From a virus (taxonomy: Duplodnaviria; Caudoviricetes), in IMG/VR virus record IMGVR_UViG_3300027749_000112, positions 1,200 to 65,199 of that record: a DNA stretch of 64,000 nucleotides; one strand, given 5' to 3'. Positions 19,757 through 28,544 of this stretch are shown here, piece by piece (the first letter of the stretch is position 1; the number at the start of each line of letters is the position of its first letter). The notes beneath the pieces are model-generated. The model saw only the letters and a list, made by a program, of their open reading frames with translations, did not search any database and was not told the DNA's origin. A program made the position numbers and the translations under genes.

Positions 19757-21013
19757 TTAGATGGCTGCGGCGACCTTGCCGGCGCCAGCGATGAATCCCT
19801 TAATACGAGAGGCTAGGCCTCCAACCTTCCTGCCGGCGACGTTGCCGAACTTTCCGGCTGCGGCAGCATTGGTCGATTCGCTCGCGATACCTGGATAAGA
19901 GGCGGGATTAAGGCCGGCTCCGAAACCGGATTTCACGTCTTTTCCAAAAGCTCCGTAAGCGTCAGATGTTTTTCCGCCAATTACGCCGTAAGAGTTCTTG
20001 ATCGCATTGTTCGCAAGGGCGGCGCCTCCAACCACTCCGCCGGCAACTGCCACATCAGCGGCAAGCCCCGTAGGGTTGGCCTCTGTCTTCACTCCTGCGA
20101 ATTGGCCGTTAGGGTTGTATGAAGGCACCTGCTTGGTCGGGCTAAAGAAGCCAAGCTCGATCTTACGGGACAGCTCGGTTGCGCGGTCGAGCGCGGATAG
20201 TAAATGCTTATTGTCGCGGATCTCTTGCGCTGACCATTTGCGAAGGGAGCGCATGTGCGCTTCAGCGTCTTCTGTCAGGTGATGGCCTGGAGCGCCAGCG
20301 GAAGTCCCCCAAAACTTGTTCATTGCCTTGCGCACATTCTTGGCGTTACCGCGAAGAGCTGGAGTTGTCGTTCCCTCCACCCCGATATTGGCGAGGAGAG
20401 AGCCCTCGTGGGTGATTGGGATGATCTTTTTTAGCGCAGGGATGGCGAAGTCTCCCCGAGCAAGCTCTTTAGCGCGGTCGAGGGCGGACAGATTGGTTTG
20501 ATCCTGATTATCGGCGATACGCTTGCGGTTGGATTCCCGTGCCCACTTGTATCCTCCGGCCGTACCTAAACCAATGCCAGCCAATCCGCCAATGACCGCG
20601 CCTTTGAGGGCGCGATTTTGAATTATCATCGGGGAAAGCATCAAGTCGCGCCCTGCTCGTTTTGCAAGTTTTTGCTCGATACCATGAGCCGCATAAGAGG
20701 CGCCGGCTCCTATGCCCGCTCCTACTTGGGAGCCAGCAATTATGCCGACATTTTGTTTTGTTCCATCAGTAAACGCATCTCGCTTGCGGTAAACCTGACC
20801 AGCCGCCCTGGCCTCGCCGGCGTTTTTTAAAGACACGGGAATCGCCGCTGGGCCACCCCCAATAGTCATATTGATGCCAACTGCTCGGGCCGAATTTCCT
20901 TCAGGAGTCTGACCCTTTTGGCGGGCAAGCTCTTGGGCTGTGATGGGAATGCCGGAAAATTCTTTAGTAGTGCAACGGGCGGAAAGTTCGACAAGGCGTT
21001 GAATGGGATTCAT
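19757..21013 (-). CDS. putative internal head (cargo) polyprotein with glycine zippers
   Basis: Start MNPIQRLVELSARCTTKEFS after GTTGAC-N16; LSALDRAxEL twice; three Gly/Ala hydrophobic segments. Confidence 0.7.
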   Translation of the reverse strand: MNPIQRLVELSARCTTKEFSGIPITAQELARQKGQTPEGNSARAVGINMTIGGGPAAIPVSLKNAGEARAAGQVYRKRDAFTDGTKQNVGIIAGSQVGAGIGAGASYAAHGIEQKLAKRAGRDLMLSPMIIQNRALKGAVIGGLAGIGLGTAGGYKWARESNRKRIADNQDQTNLSALDRAKELARGDFAIPALKKIIPITHEGSLLANIGVEGTTTPALRGNAKNVRKAMNKFWGTSAGAPGHHLTEDAEAHMRSLRKWSAQEIRDNKHLLSALDRATELSRKIELGFFSPTKQVPSYNPNGQFAGVKTEANPTGLAADVAVAGGVVGGAALANNAIKNSYGVIGGKTSDAYGAFGKDVKSGFGAGLNPASYPGIASESTNAAAAGKFGNVAGRKVGGLASRIKGFIAGAGKVAAAI

Positions 21014-21035
21014 ACCCAACCGCCGGCCCGTCAAC
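21011..21035 (-). promoter_or_regulatory. GTTGAC-N16-ATG motif
   Basis: GTTGAC GGGCCGGCGGTTGGGT ATG. Confidence 0.75.
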
Positions 21036-21481
21036 TAGGTTGCGAACCTCTTCCTGAAGTAATAGACATCGCTACCAACGTACTTCACGGGAGGTGCGTA
21101 GAGCTTAAATCCGCATGTGATGAGAGAATTCGCAGAGGCAAGATTCCAATCCATGGCATAGGTGACGATTGCCTTGAATCCCATCCTGGTTGCCATATTG
21201 ATGCGCGACTTGATCAGCTTCTTCTGGATGCCATTGCCTCGATGGGCCTTCAGGACGCCAGAGCGAACCATGTAGGCCATGTCCTTATGGCAATCCATGA
21301 CTGCGGCCCTCATGGCGGCATAGGCTATTGCTTTGCCGTCATCGTCACGGGCTATCCACCACCAAGAATCCTTGAGATCAACTTTGGGGGATCCTGCAAA
21401 GATGATCTTATCAAGGCGTACTACCTCCTTCTGCACCGATGCCGGCATGTGATCGGGTGATGCTTCGCATCGGATCTTCAT
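21035..21481 (-). CDS. GNAT family N-acetyltransferase
   Basis: SGVLKAHRGNGIQKKLI (motif A) and NLASANSLITCGF (motif B). Confidence 0.85.
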   Translation of the reverse strand: MKIRCEASPDHMPASVQKEVVRLDKIIFAGSPKVDLKDSWWWIARDDDGKAIAYAAMRAAVMDCHKDMAYMVRSGVLKAHRGNGIQKKLIKSRINMATRMGFKAIVTYAMDWNLASANSLITCGFKLYAPPVKYVGSDVYYFRKRFAT

Positions 21482-21505
21482 GGCGGCAAAGAGATGTAAG
21501 CAAAA

Positions 21506-21757
21506 TCACTTGAGGCGAAAGAAAGATGTCATTCGCCCTTTCTGCTTCTCAGTGCGCATCTCAACCAATCCTAATTGAACCTTTCGTCGTAAACGCTTAT
21601 CAACTGAATCCCTCGTAGACCCTTCCGCTGCAGCAACGGCAGTTGATGTGAACCATCCATCGTCAGCCATTTCATCTTGGCTAACGCCACCTATCTCTCT
21701 CGCTAAAGCGGAAAGGGCGGACTCTCTTATTTCATGCGCGGATGGGCGTGGTTTCAT
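21506..21757 (-). CDS. small winged-HTH-like protein
   Basis: Start MKPRPSA; GWFTSTAVAAAEGSTRDSVDKRLRRKVQLGLVE. Confidence 0.55.
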   Translation of the reverse strand: MKPRPSAHEIRESALSALAREIGGVSQDEMADDGWFTSTAVAAAEGSTRDSVDKRLRRKVQLGLVEMRTEKQKGRMTSFFRLK

Positions 21758-22565
21758 TGGGCGTGTAGGTAATAGGAATGACTGCTGGCAATCCGCCTTC
21801 TGGGGTGGCTGACCAATCCAGCATGGTGACTCCACAAGAGCAGATGGAATCGCCCACGACCTTGTGGCCGTAGCGGGTTAGCACCTGCCAAGCCGGCGTG
21901 ACGATAAAGAGCCCCCTGCCGTCAGAGTAGTGACCACCCGTATGGCGATGGCCTCTTGCATAGACCTGAGGGACGCGATGCCCGGATCTAGCATAGTTCT
22001 GGCGAGCATTGCCCATGGTGATGGACATGGCGCCTGCCTCTAGGTACGCCCTTGAAGAGGTAGCCATGTGATGGGCGACATCGATCAATGTGCCGTTCAC
22101 CTCGATTAGGGCCTTGTCGCCGCACCATTCACCCTTGAGCTGGGCACAGATCATCTTCTCGAAGTCGCCAACATGACACTCTGTACCCGCGATGAAGAAA
22201 CGTCGCGTGGCTGCCGCTGCAAGTTTTGAAAGTAAAACTACCGCAGCGGCCGCATGTTCGGTGTTCTTGGAAACCACGATTTCCGTTGTGCCATGATGCC
22301 GACCCTCCAGAAGGTCTCCATTGCAGATGAGGTAGAAGGGGCGACCTGCAAAGTGACTGAGAACTTTCTCTTCCATGTCTTGCCAGCAATCCCACAGCCA
22401 GCGCTGATGGAGATTGTTCCCTATACCAACGGTGTTGCCGGTATCGGTTTCGCAGTTATCGGGCCAGACAGCGACGGCGCTACCGCAATGGGTATCAGAG
22501 ATAAAGACTACCCCTGGCTGTTGATGGATTTTGGAAATTTCGACTACAGCCTTCTTTTTTTTCAT
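21732..22565 (-). CDS. calcineurin-like metallophosphoesterase
   Basis: ISDTHCG, NGDLLEG, GTECH, AHH, GHRH motifs. Confidence 0.85.
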   Translation of the reverse strand: MKKKKAVVEISKIHQQPGVVFISDTHCGSAVAVWPDNCETDTGNTVGIGNNLHQRWLWDCWQDMEEKVLSHFAGRPFYLICNGDLLEGRHHGTTEIVVSKNTEHAAAAVVLLSKLAAAATRRFFIAGTECHVGDFEKMICAQLKGEWCGDKALIEVNGTLIDVAHHMATSSRAYLEAGAMSITMGNARQNYARSGHRVPQVYARGHRHTGGHYSDGRGLFIVTPAWQVLTRYGHKVVGDSICSCGVTMLDWSATPEGGLPAVIPITYTPNETTPIRA

Positions 22566-22599
22566 AAAAATTAGGGTGCAGTCTTATTTTTATCAGCTT

Positions 22600-25500
22600 C
22601 TAGGCTATCTCTCGCTCAACGATATGCAGTCCCTTGCGGCGAATTTCTTCAACGGCATCTCCGTGATGTCCGGTGGGGTAAGAAGTAGATTGATACCTAG
22701 GCCCTTTTGCAGCGGCGGCAACGGGCTTCCCTTTGAGATCGAAGATCCCTTTTCCTGCATTCTTGAAAGGATTGATCGGGAGGCCTGCGTGTGCGCGTGC
22801 TCCAACGATGCCTGCGCCAACACCGGCGGCTCCAACAGCGCCAGCGGCAACCTTTAGAAGAAGCTCGCGGTTCTCCTTTTTCTCATGCCAATCCTTTTCA
22901 CGACGAACTCGAGGCCTGGAGCCTGGAGCGAAAACTCGGGCGCTACGGCCGCGAGGGTCGCGAACATCCCATCCATTGTATTCGGCCCACTGATCAAAAA
23001 GCCTGACTCCGTACTTCTTTCCGAGATCGTCGGCTTTCTTGACTAGCGGTAAGATATGTTTGCGGCCAACTGCGGTGTCCTTAGTCACTTTAGCTGCTCC
23101 GTATAGAGCGGCAGCCCCAGCGGCAGCGCCTACTGTATTCTTGAACCAAGCCTTCTCCCACTCACGTTTGCGGGGGCGACCGGCTGCATCGCGATCGCGT
23201 GGGTTACCAGCAATGACAGATGTGGCGTCACCCACGATTCCCGAGCCTCGACCGCCCCAGCGGTGGATGGCCTTTCCTTGGTTGTAAAATCCCTGAATGG
23301 ATTGACGCACAGGGACTGCAGTTCCCGCATCGTCATCAAGCCCTAGCTTCTCTCGGACAGGATTACGCCATCTGCCTTGAGAGTTTCGGGTCTGGTCAGA
23401 ATAACCGAATTCTTTGAGTAATCCCTGAACCTGAGATTGAAAAGTCTTGGGTTTTTGCTCTTGGATCGCATTCACGGTATCCACTTCCTGCCCCTCATCG
23501 GCAGCGTGCGTTCCGCCTATGATTGCTCCTGCTCCAGCACCGGAAAGTGCCGCTGCTGGAAGCGATGCATTCTTTACGAAAGCTGCTGGGCGCCAGGTCT
23601 TAGCTAGACTGCCAAGATTCAAGCCCGCTGCTTTTGCAATACGAGGAGCCTTGCGGGCCGCCAAGACGCCGGCGGTTCCGAGAACTCCACCGGCAATAGC
23701 TCCGCCAAGGGCAGCACGTTTCATGATAGGTGCCCCCTCTCCCTCTTGGGGATGCCCAAGGATTTGTGTTCCAATCGCTGTCCCGCCACCAGCTAGGGCT
23801 CCTCCTAGCAATGCTCCCTTACCAATGCTCGCCGCCGTACCCGCAAGAGTTGAACCAATCTTTAGTCCAGGGATCGCTCCAAGGACTACTCCTGATCCTG
23901 CGCCTAGAAGGGCTGCCTTGAGGGCTGGATGGATGTTTGTTTTAGGGTCAGCCTTCTCGATGGCCGCAAATAGCTTGGCCTTCTTGGCCGCAAGGATGGC
24001 AGCCGCTGCTGCTCCACCTGCTGCGGGCACGGTCTCTGCGGTCTTGGCCCAACGAGGGCGGTCTCCGTAAATGTCACGCTTGTGGTCGGTAACGGCGCGC
24101 ACACCGAGCACTGATGCCCCGCCTGCGGCAGCTCCAAGGGCTGCTCGGATACCAATCCCTAATTTCTTAGACGGCACCAGGGCTCCTGTAACTGCGCCAG
24201 CTACACCAGCGTTGCGCATATTGTGATCGCGACGATCAAGGTCAGACTCACGGATCTGCTTGATAAAGCGATCATGAGCCACGCGCCCATTGAGTGGAAT
24301 TCCATCCTCGTCCGTCTGGAGCGAGAATTCATTTAGCTCTGGAATCATTGGTGAGTTGTCGCTTGGGCAGAACACAACCTGTTGCTGAACTCGGTGATAG
24401 GACTTTTCAAATCCGCACTGAGGGCAGTAATAAACACGGGAGCGAGAAAACTCCTTGAGCTGGGCCTTGAGATTGGCCGAGAGAGCCCACTTTGGGCGGG
24501 TTTTTAGCTGCTCGACCGGCGCATTGAATCCAGAGACAAACGATTGCTTGGCGTTCTTGATTCGGGTCATCAGAGAATCGCCTGGCTTACTAAGCGGGGT
24601 TGCGGCTAGTCCTGCCTTCCATCCAGCATGGGTTTCCTTTGCCGTGTTTACGGGATCCAAGATGTTATGGACGGCTCCCTTGGCACTCTTGTAGAGCTTG
24701 CCCATATCAGAAGATGGGGCGACGGCATGGGCCGCCTGCTCTCCGGTCACCTTCAAATGGGAGGCAGCAAGGGTGGCTTGATCGAGGGCCGCATTGACTT
24801 TGCTGGAGATGGCAGGTGCATGCTCACGAACCGCAGATGTTATTGCCTTGGCAGCACCGCGAGCTTTGAACCCTGCGTACCCTGCGGCACCGAGAACGCC
24901 AAGGCCGCCAGCCAGAAGGGCACCGTCGCGAGCCTTGGAGAGGCCATCACGCTTTTCGCGGATCACGGTATCAAATTCGGTAGGGGCTGCGTTGGCTTCC
25001 TTCCAGCGGGCATGGGCGGATTTGAACTTTTCCTTCTCACCCTTGGTAAGGTTGGGGTTTTTGGCGATCTCACGAATGTCCTTGGCGTAGGCCTTACCCT
25101 TAGCCTTGAAAGCTCCCTTGGCTTCTTTAGCGGCCTGCGCTTGGGCCTCTTGCACTACACCCTCGCGGGCGATCTTAGCATTGCGCTGTGCGGTGACTAC
25201 GCGATTGACGGCGTTGCGAGCTGTCTCGTTCCTCGCGGCTTTGCCGGCCACGCCTCGTAGGGCGAGAGCCCCAATCCCTGCACCTGCTGCGATGCCAGCA
25301 CCTAGGATGCCTGTCTTGATAAACTCCCGACGCTCGCTGGAGTCGGGCTGAGTTGCATAATCGTGAGGGAGCTGAAAGTTCTTCAAGGCCATACCCAAGG
25401 TCGGGTGCGTCAACGCGCCTTCTAACCACTTGGTTAGGCCAAGGGTTTTCCTTCCTTTGTTGGTGCTCTCAATCGTTCCTGAGATCAATTTGCCGATCCG

Positions 25501-26154
25501 CGCGCCGATGGGCATTGATTTATCTGGAGCCTTCGGCCCCAGTAACTGCTTGCTATAAGCCGTAAATTCTTCACCGGCCAACTTGGCTACGGTATCGGCA
25601 GTGCCGCCACGGCGCTGCTGGAGGATGCTATGGACGATCTCGTGCCGCCTCAGTGCCTTTCGGGCTACTGATGGGTTTGCATACGATCTGACGACTCGTC
25701 CAACAGACCCTGTAGAATCTGACAGCTTACTCGTCGGGGAGAGATTGATGATGCCGCCCCTTGCGATGTTCTTAGGCTTAACTCCGGCTGCACCTGCCGC
25801 ATCGATGTAGTAACTTCGCAGGGAGTTGCCAGACTTGGCAGAAGCCTTTTTAACATTTTTCTGAACATCGGATGGGTTTAGGTAGGACGCTAATTTATCA
25901 GCACGGGTTTCATCAAGAATCCCAGGGCGAATATACCCGTCTGGCAGCATGCCCGCAAACTCTTTCGCCGGCCGTTGGTAGATATGAACAAGCCTTGATG
26001 CTTCCTCTCTCAACTTGGGCGTCACGCTGTATGGAACATCTGGATTAAATCGAATGTCATGAATCTTGATGGCCTCATGTTCGGCAAGGCCCCTGACGCT
26101 TTTGGCATACTTAAATGCGATTTCGTGAGCCTTCTGCAGAGGAGTGATCTTCAT
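22600..26154 (-). CDS. 1184-aa basic, modular internal head polyprotein (HExxH segment, Zn ribbon, several glycine zippers)
   Basis: Directly after portal; RRHEIVH; CPQC...CPSD; repeated xEF/xLF/xNF junction motifs; internal GTTGAC-N16-ATG at 25392. Confidence 0.75.
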   Translation of the reverse strand: MKITPLQKAHEIAFKYAKSVRGLAEHEAIKIHDIRFNPDVPYSVTPKLREEASRLVHIYQRPAKEFAGMLPDGYIRPGILDETRADKLASYLNPSDVQKNVKKASAKSGNSLRSYYIDAAGAAGVKPKNIARGGIINLSPTSKLSDSTGSVGRVVRSYANPSVARKALRRHEIVHSILQQRRGGTADTVAKLAGEEFTAYSKQLLGPKAPDKSMPIGARIGKLISGTIESTNKGRKTLGLTKWLEGALTHPTLGMALKNFQLPHDYATQPDSSERREFIKTGILGAGIAAGAGIGALALRGVAGKAARNETARNAVNRVVTAQRNAKIAREGVVQEAQAQAAKEAKGAFKAKGKAYAKDIREIAKNPNLTKGEKEKFKSAHARWKEANAAPTEFDTVIREKRDGLSKARDGALLAGGLGVLGAAGYAGFKARGAAKAITSAVREHAPAISSKVNAALDQATLAASHLKVTGEQAAHAVAPSSDMGKLYKSAKGAVHNILDPVNTAKETHAGWKAGLAATPLSKPGDSLMTRIKNAKQSFVSGFNAPVEQLKTRPKWALSANLKAQLKEFSRSRVYYCPQCGFEKSYHRVQQQVVFCPSDNSPMIPELNEFSLQTDEDGIPLNGRVAHDRFIKQIRESDLDRRDHNMRNAGVAGAVTGALVPSKKLGIGIRAALGAAAGGASVLGVRAVTDHKRDIYGDRPRWAKTAETVPAAGGAAAAAILAAKKAKLFAAIEKADPKTNIHPALKAALLGAGSGVVLGAIPGLKIGSTLAGTAASIGKGALLGGALAGGGTAIGTQILGHPQEGEGAPIMKRAALGGAIAGGVLGTAGVLAARKAPRIAKAAGLNLGSLAKTWRPAAFVKNASLPAAALSGAGAGAIIGGTHAADEGQEVDTVNAIQEQKPKTFQSQVQGLLKEFGYSDQTRNSQGRWRNPVREKLGLDDDAGTAVPVRQSIQGFYNQGKAIHRWGGRGSGIVGDATSVIAGNPRDRDAAGRPRKREWEKAWFKNTVGAAAGAAALYGAAKVTKDTAVGRKHILPLVKKADDLGKKYGVRLFDQWAEYNGWDVRDPRGRSARVFAPGSRPRVRREKDWHEKKENRELLLKVAAGAVGAAGVGAGIVGARAHAGLPINPFKNAGKGIFDLKGKPVAAAAKGPRYQSTSYPTGHHGDAVEEIRRKGLHIVEREIA
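25390..25414 (-). promoter_or_regulatory. intragenic GTTGAC-N16-ATG motif
   Basis: GTTGAC GCACCCGACCTTGGGT ATG, in frame within the 1184-aa gene. Confidence 0.7.
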
Positions 26155-27902
26155 TTCACTTTAGGCGTCTTGGATGGCATGGTCGGTGCTGGGGCGACCG
26201 GCTGGGGAGTGGGCTCATCTGGCACCATCTTCTCAACCTCGGACTTCTTGAGGCCGTAGAGCTGGATGATGGAGGCGACCGCACTTGCTCGATCCATCTT
26301 GCCTTCACCAACTTGCTTGAGGATCTCCAGGAGGGGCTTGGCGTCCACCTGAGCTTCGACAAGACCGGCAGGGGGAGCTGGAGGTGGCTCGTTCATGGCC
26401 GCAAGGAGTTGGGAAGGGTTGTTGAGGCGGTTGGTGAGGAGTTCGATCGGAACGCCTGTCTCAGATGCCACCTGCTGCATGTAGGTGATCTCGCTGGCAG
26501 ATTTGCGGACGACTTTCTCAAACGTGCTGCCTCTCTCTGCGATGATGTCGCTGGCATTGATGATGCCGGCCGACAGCTCCTGCATTTTGGCGGCCATGTC
26601 GTTGCCATAGTCGCCAGTGAGGGTGGCACCAAAGGCCCAGCGGCCTTTCTTCCAAAGGGGGTGAGATGGCAGGATGCCGGCAGCGATAGCGCTTCCCAGT
26701 ACCGTATTGCGGACAGGGTTGAGCCATGTGCGAGAGATGAGGTTTTGGTTGCGGACGATGCCGCGCATGGCTTGCGCTACCTCGATGCGGCTGCCATGGC
26801 CTCCTAGTTCGGAGATGTCGTGCAGGAAGCCGTAGGGATACCCGTTCTGTGTACCAGCGCAGATTTCCCTGATCATCGTCTGCACGAGCGAGAGGAAGGC
26901 TCCATTTGGCCGGTTGGTTCCAGGTGCAAACTGTACCTCGTCGCCTTGGTTGAGCCGCAAGACTTTGGCGATCTCCATGCTGATCGTGCCAGGGCCAGCA
27001 TTTGGCGTGTTGCCAGGAGAGCCAGGGGTTGCCCCACCCGTCACGCCATTCCAGGCGTTGGGATCCGACATGTTATAGGGATCAGCCTGACGCACAAAGC
27101 CAGCATGCCCCACTTGCCATTTAGCAGCTTGCTTCTCGGCCTCGTAGATTTCGTAGAGGTCGCGCGCTGGCGCAATGGCAGTCGCAAGTGCTGTCACGCC
27201 GCGATACTGATCTACTCGCTGGGGATCCATCAGGTGCAGGAACTGAGCCGCCGGCACGTCGCGATCAAATGTGTACTGAGATGTAAGCCTGTTCCTGTTG
27301 TAGATCGAATACTCCGTAGGCGCTCCATTGTCGTCGATCGTGATCCCTCCGATCTTGTTCTTCTCCGTCGTCTCGGCAGGGTTGAGTACGTTACCAATGC
27401 GATCAGCCTCGATCGGCTGGATGCGGACAGATCGAGCGTCGCTCGGATCGACGTTCAGCATGTTCCAGCCGTGGTCGCCATCCACAAGCTGTGACCAGAA
27501 CCCCATCCAGCAGAGTTCGGAGAGGGAATGCCGGCCGGTTATGTCGGCGGCCTCGGCCCATTCCGCCATGTAGTCCTGATAGATGCCATCGATCGTATCG
27601 TCGCCGGTCGAGGAGACATACTGAACTTGATCGACGGTATACTGGACGATCTTGGAGACGATCCCCTTTAGGAGGCCGAAGTTGCGGACGACATCACGGG
27701 CATCCCACATGAGCAAGACGCGATCCCGATTGGAGCGCCGGTTCTCGGGAGAGCCATTCTTAGAGGCGCCCCCTGAGTAGCCACGCTTGACGCCAGGGGT
27801 AGCGGCATCATAGCCAAACATCTTCAGGCGTTGGCGAGCCATGACCCTACCAACAGCGGCTTCGGGGTTAAAAACTGCGACGGCGCGATCGAGAAAATTC
27901 AT
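26151..27902 (-). CDS. portal protein, lambda family
   Basis: GYDAA, ARDVVRN, IEADRI, HLMDPQRVDQYRGV motifs. Confidence 0.92.
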   Translation of the reverse strand: MNFLDRAVAVFNPEAAVGRVMARQRLKMFGYDAATPGVKRGYSGGASKNGSPENRRSNRDRVLLMWDARDVVRNFGLLKGIVSKIVQYTVDQVQYVSSTGDDTIDGIYQDYMAEWAEAADITGRHSLSELCWMGFWSQLVDGDHGWNMLNVDPSDARSVRIQPIEADRIGNVLNPAETTEKNKIGGITIDDNGAPTEYSIYNRNRLTSQYTFDRDVPAAQFLHLMDPQRVDQYRGVTALATAIAPARDLYEIYEAEKQAAKWQVGHAGFVRQADPYNMSDPNAWNGVTGGATPGSPGNTPNAGPGTISMEIAKVLRLNQGDEVQFAPGTNRPNGAFLSLVQTMIREICAGTQNGYPYGFLHDISELGGHGSRIEVAQAMRGIVRNQNLISRTWLNPVRNTVLGSAIAAGILPSHPLWKKGRWAFGATLTGDYGNDMAAKMQELSAGIINASDIIAERGSTFEKVVRKSASEITYMQQVASETGVPIELLTNRLNNPSQLLAAMNEPPPAPPAGLVEAQVDAKPLLEILKQVGEGKMDRASAVASIIQLYGLKKSEVEKMVPDEPTPQPVAPAPTMPSKTPKVK

Positions 27903-28147
27903 CAGTTGATTCCGTTGGAAAAGTCAGGGACGGCGTAGTTAGGGGATCCTCTGAAGCGCCACTCATTCCGCACCCTGGTAGCGGCATGGAGGCGGTTCGT
28001 GACCAGCATCAGATCCTTGGTGTGGGACTTCTCACCGACCGACTGAGAAGTATAAAGGGTTGCCTGTTGCTTCAGCAGAGTGATCTCTGCCTGCAACTCC
28101 TCACCGGAATACTGCCGGTAAATTTCCATCCATTCGGTCGATGCCAT
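27902..28147 (-). CDS. head completion protein (gpW-like)
   Basis: 81 aa just upstream of portal, YTSQSVGEKSHT hairpin between helices; start MASTEW after GTTGAC-N16. Confidence 0.65.
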   Translation of the reverse strand: MASTEWMEIYRQYSGEELQAEITLLKQQATLYTSQSVGEKSHTKDLMLVTNRLHAATRVRNEWRFRGSPNYAVPDFSNGIN

Positions 28148-28169
28148 ACTTGCAACACCGGCAGTCAAC
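28145..28169 (-). promoter_or_regulatory. GTTGAC-N16-ATG motif
   Basis: GTTGAC TGCCGGTGTTGCAAGT ATG. Confidence 0.75.
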
Positions 28170-28190
28170 GGACGGACGAGAAAACCGGAC

Positions 28191-28320
28191 GGATCGGCCG
28201 GCCGATCCCGGCTCCTGGGGGAGATTCTTCCTGGGAACACCGAAAATGTTAGGCCGGCCCTGGCACCACCTTTTTACTGCGGATGAGGTGATATACATAC
28301 TTAGGAATAAGTATGTATAT
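28191..28320. repeat. two perfect inverted repeats
   Basis: GGATCGGCCGGCCGATCC (28191-28208) and ATATACATACTTA-GGAA-TAAGTATGTATAT (28291-28320). Confidence 0.85.
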
Positions 28321-28327
28321 GGGAGAT

Positions 28328-28516
28328 TGAAGAAGTGAATTGATTTTCCCTTATTAGTAGATGAAAGGGATTGAAAATAATTAAAAGGAAAGGTTGAAGA
28401 AGTGAATTGATTTTCCCTTATAGATGAAGGAAAGAAGATTGATAATTTCTTCAGAAAAAATCTGAAGAAGTGAATTGATTTTCCCTTATAGATGAAGAGA
28501 AAAAGGATTGATAAAT
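28328..28516 (+). repeat. three ~67-bp tandem units, probable early promoter array
   Basis: GAAGAAGTGAATTGATTTTCCCTTAT at 28329, 28396, 28464, each followed by AGATGAA...GATTGAwAA. Confidence 0.8.
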
Positions 28517-28544
28517 GATCTTTTTTCCCTTATTTTAAAACCCT

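Noticed and set aside
15522-21034. ORF-track starts such as MTNPSRGM, MTHAPLGM, MTGRRLGM
   Set aside because: These use the TTG inside the GTTGAC motif, in frame only when the gap is 16 nt; motif copies with 15- or 17-nt gaps indicate the downstream ATG is the start.
803-28252. Many plus-strand ORFs over the structural module (for example 803-1477, 23447-24070, 24628-25260, 26820-27494)
   Set aside because: Antisense shadows of well-supported minus-strand genes, with no motifs of their own.
28328-28516. Mini CRISPR array (about 35-bp repeats with about 33-bp gaps)
   Set aside because: The gaps resemble each other (all contain GATTGAwAA), the repeat is not palindromic and there are no cas genes; better read as tandem units.
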